A stretch of 64,000 nt of DNA, taken from positions 9,920,001-9,984,000 of the forward strand of contig OZ059896.1 of assembly GCA_964057225.1 (NCBI GenBank), given 5' to 3'. Origin of the DNA: Auanema rhodensis (lineage: Eukaryota; Animalia; Nematoda). The notes below the pieces were generated by a model, which searched no databases, was not told the DNA's origin, and was given only the letters and a program-made list of their open reading frames with translations. Shown in pieces: positions 53,501 to 64,000 of the stretch. The translations under genes and the position numbers were made by a program. The first letter of the stretch is position 1. Every line of letters begins with the position of its first letter.

Positions 53501-56500
53501 ATTGCGCGGTACGAATGCAGCTTCTCCAATAACCGTTTACTTAGTTTGGAAGATGTTGCAAGAAGTTACGATTGTTCCTGTTCTCGTAGTTTTCACATTT
53601 ATCATGCTTGAGGTAGGTGTAAACAATTATCTAAAGCTTCCAATATATAAACATCATGTTTGTCACTGTGTACGGCATGGCATATACATTAGAATTTTTA
53701 ATCACCCATGTGCTTTTGATATTACTTTCATTCATATTTTATAAAAACGAAAGCGTATATGACGTTGGTTTGAGAGTTTCGTTTCACAAAACAATAAATT
53801 ATTGCTTCCGATAACATTAGCACATTAATTACATATTTTAGGGCTACATAAAATCATGGTCGAATCCAACAACGGCAATACAAGTACTTATTGTTGTTTG
53901 GATTTATGCAGCATATTCATTTTACCTCATTATTTACTTGTGTAAGAAAACTTACAAAAACGAATAGCTATCATAAAACCTTTTTATAGGTAGGCTAGCT
54001 CGCCAACTTTGGAAGAAAAAAGAAGACAAAAGAAAAACTTCTTTCAATAGTACCATATCGATTATCACTCAATCTTTTGATGCTAACACAACAGCTGAAA
54101 GCGAACCCGCAGCATGAAAATAAAGAACTTACGGTTTCATCGGCGGTACGAACTGCAGTTGTTGCCGTTTCTAACGCTTCCAGAAATGCCGAGCTGACTC
54201 CTAAAGTTGCAATCTCACTTTCTACAAGGCGCAAGAATTCAGCAGCTCTCCTAGAAAAAGGAACTTCTTCAGCTCCAACAGCAGTCGGTGTTGAGGGGGC
54301 TGTGGAACGCTCCTTTTGTTCCTCCCATTTCTTCAACGTAGCATCGAACTCCTAAAGGTAACACAAAAAAAACTCCAAATCAAAAAAATAAAAATTTACA
54401 GGGTTTCTAACAAGAAGCTGAGCTCGATTTTTGTGCACAATCTGGAGAATACCGGGAGGCTGCATCCATGGTTCACCATCAACCTGAAACGATCTGTTCA
54501 TATCAACAAAAACGAGTTTTTTAACGGCTTATTTTGTAAATGTAGTCTTTCAATAAAATAAAATTTTAACCTGAACAGGAATTGGTTCGTTTCCAAGGAT
54601 TACTATTCTCACATGACGGCATTGTGCAATTCGATGGTTCTGAAGCCGAACAACATTTGGTACACGGCTTGTTGCTACATGAATCACACCAAAAAGGGCA
54701 ACAACCTACAACATCAATTTAACTTTTATATACTGATTTGTAAACACCTCCAATAGTTTATCATCAAAACTTTGAGCAACAAATGCATCTTCTTTCGCGG
54801 TTCCCCAAAAATTTGCTCCACCCGAATACGAAGGAATGTTCAAGATGACAATTCCTTGCAGAGAAGGCAAGTCAATTGGCTGACCATCACATTCCAATCT
54901 AATTCGTTGATCAAGGTTACGATATGTTCTATGCATGAGTTCCCTTCCGCCAAGCATTCCGTACCACAAAAAAAGCTTCGATCGACTATTGGTCTAAAAA
55001 CTTATATAATACCTTGGAATATCATACAATAAGACCTTATCAGATCCTTCCCGTTTATTATGAAAATCTAGAGCAATTTTAGCGTCCAACCCAATCCCGA
55101 AATAGTTATTCATAGTTTTAAGTTCTCGGTATTTATCTCTAAACATACCCAAATTATTTAAAAACAAAAATTATATGCAAACAAAGGTGTTTGGAATTCC
55201 CGAGTGCCTGCAGCCATTCCCAAAACTCTAGCATTTAGAAGTAGAACCTCAGCTATTAAAGAACTTCCTGCAAACGAACATGGCAGCAGCGACCTGAAAC
55301 TAGTTTTTCAGTAGCAATAACAACTAATTATGTTAGTACTTTTTGGTAACTTGTTCTACAGCACTTTGCCTTTTCTTATCTTTGATTATTCTGTTCCAAT
55401 TACTCGCTCTTATGTTCGCAGATTTTTCGGCATGCTCTGAAAAGAAAATACTTATGTTATAAAAAAAAACTTTATTACCATATATACTGCTATCAGAGTG
55501 ACTTAGCTTAATATCGGTAGATGTTCCAGAGTATAATTGGCATTCAGAATGGGGTTTAAACAATCTATCATCAAGAACAGGTCGATCTGGCTCTCCAGTA
55601 GCAGATTGTTCCCGTGTACCTCCCGGTGTAGGGGGTTGTACATGACCAATACTAAATATAGTAGATAAGAAACAAAAAAATGTAAATAATACCAAGGACT
55701 ATTTAAAGCATCTCTATCTACTGAGTCATTGTCAGGCGCGCTACTGTTAGAGGATGGTTCACGTAATCCAGTAGAGCCAACAATCGACAATCCAGGATTA
55801 GAAGAATGAGATGGAGATACTCCTAAAAATTATAATATAATTTCTGGTTGAATTTATTTCTGGAACCATAGCCACTTGTTTGACTCAAGTCAGTCATCCA
55901 ACCATCAGTCACAGTTAACTTATCTACATTAGTGGAAGGTGAAGCTGGCGGGCTGCATGCAGAAGATAAGGAGAGATTAGAAGAAGATATTTTTAACACA
56001 GATGGAGTAGTTTTACTTCGTTTAGTTCGGAACTTTGCGCGTTTAGAAGCCGCGGCGCTGAAAAATTGAATTTTGTTTTCAAATTAATGTATAAAGTACC
56101 TATCACGGTAATGTTGGTCGATTCCTCTTTCAGCAACTGTCATGATGTCTTTCAAAGCCTTTTTAAGGCTATTAGCCCTCCCGACAATAGAATCTCTTCT
56201 TCTCTTTTCCTCAGACTGCCAATCTAGCAAATACAAAATAGGAATAGCTAGATAATGCGGTATATTCTTACTTTCCTCTTCCTCGGGTTCAAGCCCACTC
56301 TCTTCTTGTGGTGAAGCTTCGTCTTTCTCCAACGTTTTCATCAGATTATCAAGCTTCGCTAATAAAACAACGCACCTAACAAAATGAATAAAAGACAAAT
56401 ATAAAACAAAAGCATACTTATCAGTTACAGGATCATTTGTAGGTGTTCCATCTTCTCTCTCCCATTTTTCAACTTGTTGATAGGTCGCAGCTACTCCTTC

Positions 56501-58305
56501 CATCAATTCTCGCACAGTTATACAGAGTGATCTGTTATAGGGATAAAAGTATGATAATAGAAGTCTGAATTATTACTTAACAGCCTTTATAACCTCATGA
56601 GGTTCTTCCGCTTCCATTACAGTTCTAACTTTATTGGTCACAGTTTGTTCATAATGTTTAATGATGTCGGCTGGCGGACCTTCAATTCCCAAAACACTCC
56701 ACCTAGAAATTAAAAATAAGAAGTATTCTTAAAAGCAATAAATAAAGTACCTATCCAACATTCTTGTAGGTGCCCTTTCAAAATCCTGAAGAAGAGATGG
56801 AAGCTCATGCACATTATAAAACGCATGACCCCAACCGAGAACCCGAGCCAAATCATTCCCAGTTCCAAGAGGCAACACAGCAAGTTGACACTTAAATAAA
56901 GACAATAAATGATAATCAAATTGAAAAAAATTTACTTTCCGGTGCAAATCTAAACGATCAAAAGTGCTCAGCACCCAGCCCACAGTCCCATCGCCCCCAC
57001 ATACTAATACTCGGAAACTGTCCAAAGAAGAAAATAAAGTCAAACTGAAAGGAATATCATAACAATAGCACACAATATTCAACTACTAACGCAAACTCCG
57101 GACCAGTTGCGATAATGTCAAATACTTGTACAGGATTCAAAAGTCTTTTGAATTTTCTAATCATTCGTTGCCCTTGATTATCACCTGACTTTGAATTCAC
57201 CAAAACCAAGAGAGGACTTCCACCTCCAAATTCACCCCCTGAATTTAACATGAGTTAACTGGAAAGCATTAGAAATTCACAAACCAATAGCATCAGAACG
57301 AAACTTAAATTCTCCACAAGGAGATACTTCCCGCAAAGATAATGGAGGTACAGCAGAGAGCGAAATTCCACCAAGGTTACAACCTCTACCAAGTTGACTC
57401 AGGCATCCATCATGCACAGCCTGAGCACACCATAGACATCGCCAATCCTAAAAAGCAACGTTACTTATTATCTTCACGTCTCACAAAATAGATTATAAAA
57501 CCATGGTTGCATAATATAAATAATCTTTACTATAATATGGAAAAATTAGGTTTATACTATGATATACCTGCAGTTTTGTTGCTGATCCACAATATTTTTC
57601 ACATACAGCACATTTAGCAGAGGGCGAAAGATTTCCCTCAACCCACTGATGAGGCATTATTGAATTCTAACAAATTAAACAATAAAAAATAAGCACAACA
57701 ATGGAAAAACCTCTGGACTAATATATTGCAAGTGATGTGGTATTGATCCTTCAACAGACCACTTACAGTTTTCAGTAATTTGCTTCATGCATTTTTTGTG
57801 AGTTTTAATCTTACATACTAAAAAAAAAATTAAAAAAAGAAAACATTATATCACTAACCATCACAGCCCCATCCATGTTGAGGAAACCCAGACAGTTTTT
57901 CTCTACACACATTGCAGAATCTAGGTCGTTTCAGAAGTTGAGCAGGTGTGTACTTAAAAAAAATAATTATATAACACCATCTTAGCAGTTTACCTGAACT
58001 TGAATCCATGTGTGAGCACCTGAAGTACTTTCAAGCAACTCATCAACTGCAGGAGCCTGAAGAAACAGCAGAAAAATTATTCTATTTATCGCATACTTCT
58101 TTATCAAGAAATAACAATAAATAAATCAACAAACAAATCATTACTGATAAAATCAATGAGATAGTTTTTGCATGTTTCAATGAAAGTTTTAAATTAAGCA
58201 ACATACCTTTTCTTTCTTTTCGTCTACAAGTATTGAAACAGATTGTCTCCATAAGTCCATCTTCGCTAAACTACTGTACGTATGTAGACTATATAATTTC
58301 GATAT
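50524..58305 (-). CDS. dgk-4: Type II diacylglycerol kinase (DGK delta/eta-like; C1-C1, catalytic, accessory, SAM); 5' end unresolved
   Basis: C1 exons at 57.3-58.05 kb, [65 protein letters not shown] domain [20 protein letters not shown]. Stop at 50524. Confidence 0.92.
53324..54117 (+). CDS. Nested antisense gene in DGK intron, four-transmembrane protein; first exon unresolved
   Basis: Exons 53324-53612, 53842-53941, 53990-54117, phase-consistent. Four hydrophobic helices, then a basic tail [21 protein letters not shown] at 54119-54124. Confidence 0.7.
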
Positions 58306-59666
58306 CTAAACAAAATAAAAAATAAAACAAAAATAAAAATGAAAGCTGAAGATTTATAAAAACTAAACACTTTATTCCTGATTTGCGTTACAGCAATAAT
58401 TTAAAATAAGACATTTTAGAATTTTTTCAGGTAAATTAAAATTAACTAAAAATATCCATTGAATTTGAAATTATATGAAACTTAGGTAGTTGATATAAGC
58501 TGCGTTTAATTTTAATAACGATTTGACAGAAGAAAAGGAAACTGGTCAATGCAAGACGTTACATTATAAGGAATTAGTTCGCCTACTAAACAGACCCGCG
58601 TCAAAGAAAGTGAAAAGGCAAAAGAAGTAGTATTAGGAATATTAGAAGGCCTGATGACAACATGTGAGAAGTTCAGGTCGATCAAATGCAACCAATCTAA
58701 GCTCCCCGATTTTAACTGGACAGTTTTCTACTGTGATCGGAGAATAAAGATGGAGTACTAGATATGTTTCATGTGTACCTGATTGACCTTAGCTAATTAA
58801 TCATCGAAGATTTTCTTGAGATTTTCCTCCATTAAGTTATGTTCATATATAAAGAAGAATTTCACAGAAAGAGATAGGGCAAGACAAAACGAAATCCGCT
58901 TTCAACCAGATACCAGAAGATTACGCCCACTTCACTGATTATAGAAGGACCGCTAATACGATGTTTCTGTATTAAGCATCTCCCAAGGAAAATGATAAGA
59001 AAAAAGGAGAAGAACAACACATTGGAAAACACGATGATATCTACTGTTCTTTATAAAAGTTATAAACTAAATTACGGGTAAATCTATGAGCAGGATAACT
59101 GAGAATGGTTATAAAATCATATCATGAGCCAGGGAAAAACAATAAAAAAATGTTTGTTATGATTGAAAACAAGTAATATTAACTTACTGGCTAACTATAC
59201 ATGATGACAAAGGGCGGTGATTGAAATATGAAGAACTCCCGTAGAAATATCCTGAAAAGCAGCTAATGTATTTAACGGAAACCACAGAAGAAGTTAGATA
59301 GTATAGATTCATTGAGATGTGATTATATATCTTAGAAAGTTATCCTGAACATATAAACGCTGATCTATCTATAAGCAAAGATATATCTTAAGCTAAAAAG
59401 TTGAGACTTTAGATATTAGATATCACTTGTGGAGAACATAGATAGAGCAATTCACACGTGTAAGATAGACCACTAAACGTGGAGTCGCAGGCAACAGACA
59501 GATAGACAGCGAGAGTATTCGCAATGGAGCGACTTGGGTGCACAACCTGGTGCACTCAAATTAAAGAGTTATTATCGTTATTTCCGGTTCCTTATTGTCC
59601 GAAAATAAAATTTTCACATAATTTTTCATAGAATATAGTATATTAAATCTATTCCTTAATTCTAAA

Positions 59667-62295
59667 ATGATATCACGGTTGGTATTGCGGCATGTACCGC
59701 TTACAAACGGAAGACTGAGAACTTTTGCAAGTTCAAGCTCAGAAAAGATAGATTCAAAGCAAGATCAACACCATGCTCCGGCGAGAATGCAGATTCAAGA
59801 GATATTACCCAAAGGTATTCCAGTTGAAAAAGTCTCTTTATCAAGAGGCTTATCCATGAATAAATTTGAAAAGGTTAATCATTACATTGTACCAAAAAAA
59901 ACAGGATTTTTTCCAGGATTTTTTCATTTACCCCGAATATAATGATACAGATGATGTTAGAAACATTGAAGGGTTTGTGGATGTTCTGAGGCAAACGTTA
60001 GAAGTAGCAAGTGAGAACTAACTTAGTTTTTTCACTTTATGATAGTTTCAGACAAATCGGGAGACATCGAGAAATCAGGATACTTAACTGATGATATCAA
60101 ATATGCTTTAGAGAAAAATCAAATTTCTGCGACATTCATTCCATCCGAATTCAAAGGATTAGGTTTATGTCGAAAAGATTTAGCTCATATATTTCAAGTT
60201 AGTCTGACTTTATTATATTTTACTAGTGTCTACCACGTTAGAATTAGAATATTGTAGTCATGCAAGTAATATGTCTATTAGTTTTTTTATTTGATAGTTC
60301 CAAATTTCATTTTACAGATTTATTATTATCTATTTTTTCGAATATTGTTTCCAGGAATTAAGCCTTGATTGGAACATTTTTAGTAATACAAATGTAACCT
60401 ACATCGCATCACAACTTCTAATTCTATATGGTAACGAAGAACAGAAAGAAAAATACTTGCCATTAATTGGAAATGGTAAATGCAGACCTGCCATTGCTAT
60501 GTCTAACCTTCAAGGGTTTGTTTTAATTAGTCAGAGAATTCGTTAAATTATTAGATTGCAGGGTTGAAGATGTTGTGGGAGAATGTATAAGTAGTACTGG
60601 ATCATCCATGCTCTTATCCGTAAAAGGAGCTCCAATGATTGCTTCCGAAAATGCCAACTTACTGTTCGTATTTGCTCAAAACAAAAATCAACTAACGGTT
60701 TGTTTCGAATATTTTTTTTCAAAATTTTACTCATTTTTGTAGAAATCAGATAGCGTATCATGCTTTATTATTGATACAAATGATCTGTCTTCAAGCGATA
60801 AATATCAATTAACTCGTCAGGATAGCTTAGGATTAAAGGGAACTCATAGTATTCATTTCACTGTTAATATTTTCTAGTTTTTGTATTTCCAGTCTCTGAG
60901 TTGCGTTTGGAGTCAACTATAAGTACATCAGCTTTATTAGGAGAGGATGGCCAAGGACGCGAAGTTTTATTTCTTGAAGAAAGATATATTCATTTTATAT
61001 TTTTAGATTAAAAATGAATTAACCTGCTGCGGCCGCTTTCCACTAGCAGCGGGAACTATAGGACATGCAAAAAGATTGCTAACTAGCCTAGCATCCATTG
61101 CTAATAGAACTTCGAGTAACAAAGGAGTATGTTCATACAATATTGAAGCGATTTTTTTAGTTTTCATGTTTTAAGGATCATAGTTGTGTTTCTGCAGATA
61201 CTGGAGCGCAAAGAGTGGCAACTTCGTTAGCTTTAAGCCTATATTCTTTAGAATCTGCACTTTTTTATTTGGTTGGATTGATTGATGAAGGAGTCCCGAT
61301 GGTTGCTGACGTTGAAAATGCTCTCATATATGTGAGTATAAACAAAATAATTTTTTTTCAATATCAAATATAGAAATTAACAAGAGATGTTCTTCGTAAT
61401 TGTGTTTCTGCTACACTTGAGCTTGGTGGAATTCGAGCTTCAAACACAAAAGATATGTTCGAAAAAGAAATTCGTGATATATCAACACTGTTGTCACTGG
61501 TATGGTTAAACATAGTGTTGGTGAAAAAATTGTGTTTCTAGAATAGTGAGGGAAATATTGTGGAATCTGTAGCAGTTGCAACGTTATCAACTTGGACTTC
61601 AAATAGTCATAATAAGTTAGCGTTCTTTTCTCCTAAATGTTTGCTTATTGTAACGATTAGATTGACCAGCACTTTGAAACGACTTCTACATAATGAAAGC
61701 ACAAATGCCGATTTGAAGAACCCAAAGCTCACTCACTACATAGCTGAGCACGCTCATCCTTCACTACAAGTACTAGTCCCCAATTTCGCTTGTTTGTTTT
61801 TATATTATCTTTGGGGCATTTCAGCTCGCTTGCCAAGAGTTAGAGTTTTCTATGTCACGTTTAAATACTGTTATTTCGAAAATGATTGCTGAACAGGGAA
61901 AAAATTTGGAACAAGATTATGGTAGTCTGGAAGGAATGGTTAACGTCTTACAAGTAATCGCTACATTAAAAGCAATATGTAGTTCCTGAAACCTTTAGAA
62001 TCAAATGGTTATGGTTGCTACAATTTCTCGAGCTTCGCGATCTTATGCTATTGGCCTTCGTAATGCTGACATTGAACTTGCGTGGGCGACTGCCATTTGC
62101 ACAAGGTAAGTTCATGAGTCAATGTGAGATATTTATATTATTTCTAGGCTTTCGAGAGCTAATTGGTTTGAGCTAGAAGCAATGTCTGATTATTTCGGTC
62201 TTGTTAGATTCAATCCTTCCTTATTGAATGCTGGTCGAGCTATTTTTGATCTGGGAGGATATCAAATTGAATCCCCAACTCAGAGAAACTGGTAA
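59667..62295 (+). CDS. Mitochondrial ACAD9/VLCAD-like acyl-CoA dehydrogenase family protein (divergent, acdh-13-like)
   Basis: Arg-rich presequence, FIPSEFKGLGL, LYGNEEQKEKYLP, LGLKGT, LGEDGQG, C-terminal ISRASRSYAIGLRNADIE..PTQRNW*. Many ~40-50 nt introns. Confidence 0.88.
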
Positions 62296-62422
62296 AAAAA
62301 TTTGGAAAATAGAGAATAATAAATGTTTTATATTATAAGTATTACTTTATAACGGCAGGTGTTTAGTTCGCTCTCATATTTTGCATGTTTATTTAAAATT
62401 CATTTCCCTGATTGTGATATAG

Positions 62423-63402
62423 ATGGGTGATTCTTCGCGTATTATAACGGCTCAACAAGCGAAAGAATCAATGAAGCAAATGAGGAAAATGACGAATGTT
62501 TGCCTTTTTCTCAGTCATTTTGTCTAAATTCATTACTAGGTTATGTCCAGCTCTTCAAAGATGTTAAAAGACATGTTCAGTGAACTCAACAGTAGTACTG
62601 ATATCTTGAAAAGTTTGCGCAATGGTCATTCATTTTAAGTTACTGGTTTTAGAAGAGGAAGATGAGGATTCAGATTTTTCTAACAGTTTAATCAATGAAC
62701 TTTCTAACAAGGTTATTTGTTGTTTGTTTGACATGAAGATATCAAAGTTTTTTACAGTCTATTGATCGGGAAATTAATGAAATGATCAAAAAGAAACGGA
62801 GTAAGAGAGATGTAAGTGTTCGGTTAGCCTCTTTATATTCAGAATTTGAATAGTTGTTTTTAAGAGTTCCCGTGAAGTAGACAGAAAATGTATTAGCCGG
62901 CCTGATATGTCGACATTAATGCTATATCTTGCAAAAAAAAGTGGCGATGAAGCCAGTGCGTCGATCATTGTGAAACGCCATTCAAAAACAGAAAAGTTTG
63001 TAAAAAAGTCAGTTTTGGTTTTTGTTGACAATTGTGAATTAAGTACTGTTATAGAATTAGGCAACTATCGAGCTGTGATTCAACAGATGAAAATATAGGA
63101 AAAGCGTTTATTAGCAAGGTTAAACGTTTCGTGCAAAAACCAGAGTTGTTTCTGAAAAAAAAATGTGCTTTGGATCTGACCGCGGAAGGTATTTTTTATT
63201 ATTAGTAGTTTACTTTATAATACTCTTTATAGAAATTTTCCGGATTCTTTACAATGTTCTTACTAAATATAATGAAACGGAGTATAAGCCATGTTTGTTA
63301 AGAAGCGCTCATGTTCTTAAAGAAACAAATATCTTGCTGTCACGTGTGCGGCATTCGTGGAATGCACCTCCTCAATTTTTAAGATATTTGGAAAGAGTAT
63401 GA
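62423..63402 (+). CDS. Uncharacterised helical protein (~240 aa), probable downstream operon gene
   Basis: Phase-consistent multi-exon model MGDSSRIITAQQAKESMK...WNAPPQFLRYLERV*. ATG directly follows an AG acceptor 127 bp after the ACAD stop. Confidence 0.7.
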
Positions 63403-63705
63403 AACTAATTTATAATTGATTGTTTTATAATTGATGTAATTCTCTGTTTATGGGAATTTTTCTTTTTTTGTATCATCGTATTTTTATACGATTACTTTTA
63501 TAGCTCATCGGGTATTCACATATTTTTCAATTTTATATTCATATATCGGTTATTGAGTATATATAAAATGTTGAACTTGAACAACGACTTTTACGATATA
63601 AGAATGACGTGCTTGAAGATAGGTCACCTTTTACACTTCATTGAAAAAAGTGGATTGCTAGCTGATCGTCTTTCGCTAACGCTAGAAGTCGCTTAAAGTT
63701 CCCTA

Positions 63706-64000
63706 ATGTGGTTGCCAACATTATTAATTTTGATTTTCTATAATAATTTTACAGCTGCCAGAGGTTAGTTTTCTATATTTAAACCTCGACTACTTCATCT
63801 GATAGAAATTATATGTATATATATTGAAAGTTTTTGAAATTAATTCTAAAAATCGATTAAAATCTGAGACCTATTGGACTTAAAATAATCAATGACTGCC
63901 AGTTTTCTACGTTTGGGCTCTTACTGGTTTCAGGTCCACCGGCTATTAATGTTCCTATTAGCAATAACAATGATCCTGTGAGTTTTTCCTAAATTTGAAA
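63706..64000 (+). CDS. 5' part of a secreted-protein gene running off the window
   Basis: MWLPTLLILIFYNNFTAAR signal-peptide-like exon, phase-1 splice to GPPAINVPISNNNDP, then a GTGAG donor. Confidence 0.5.

Noticed and set aside
1-64000. CRISPR arrays, tRNA/rRNA and prokaryotic systems
   Set aside because: No repeat-spacer array or recognisable structural RNA seen; the window is intron-rich eukaryotic DNA.

Overview
AT-rich eukaryotic DNA, most likely a rhabditid nematode (TTTCAG-type acceptors, many 39-50 nt introns, an Sre-class chemoreceptor). The left ~34 kb is gene-poor and microsatellite-rich. It holds one minus-strand STAC-like tandem-SH3 adaptor gene with two alternative 5' ends (no C1 exon found; the long form carries an MLCK-like calmodulin-binding motif) and a decayed LINE fragment. 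At 34.6-39.5 kb lies an internally deleted, non-autonomous Maverick/Polinton with ~760 bp TIRs starting AGTAGTAG. Its integrase-chromodomain, packaging ATPase and adenain-like protease are all disabled, and it carries a 5'-truncated, five-exon spliced cargo gene of unknown family that is missing from the ORF track and whose frame is intact. The inverted repeat runs ~435 bp beyond the element termini, there is no TSD, and the right edge appears to decapitate a host gene. The right ~24 kb is gene-dense: a small Lys-rich gene, a C2H2 zinc-finger gene with a 3-nt microexon, an Sre GPCR, a beta-propeller protein, a type II diacylglycerol kinase with a nested antisense 4-TM gene, a degenerate ACAD9-like gene with a probable operon partner, and the start of a secreted-protein gene. 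All gene models were spliced by eye; no searches were run.
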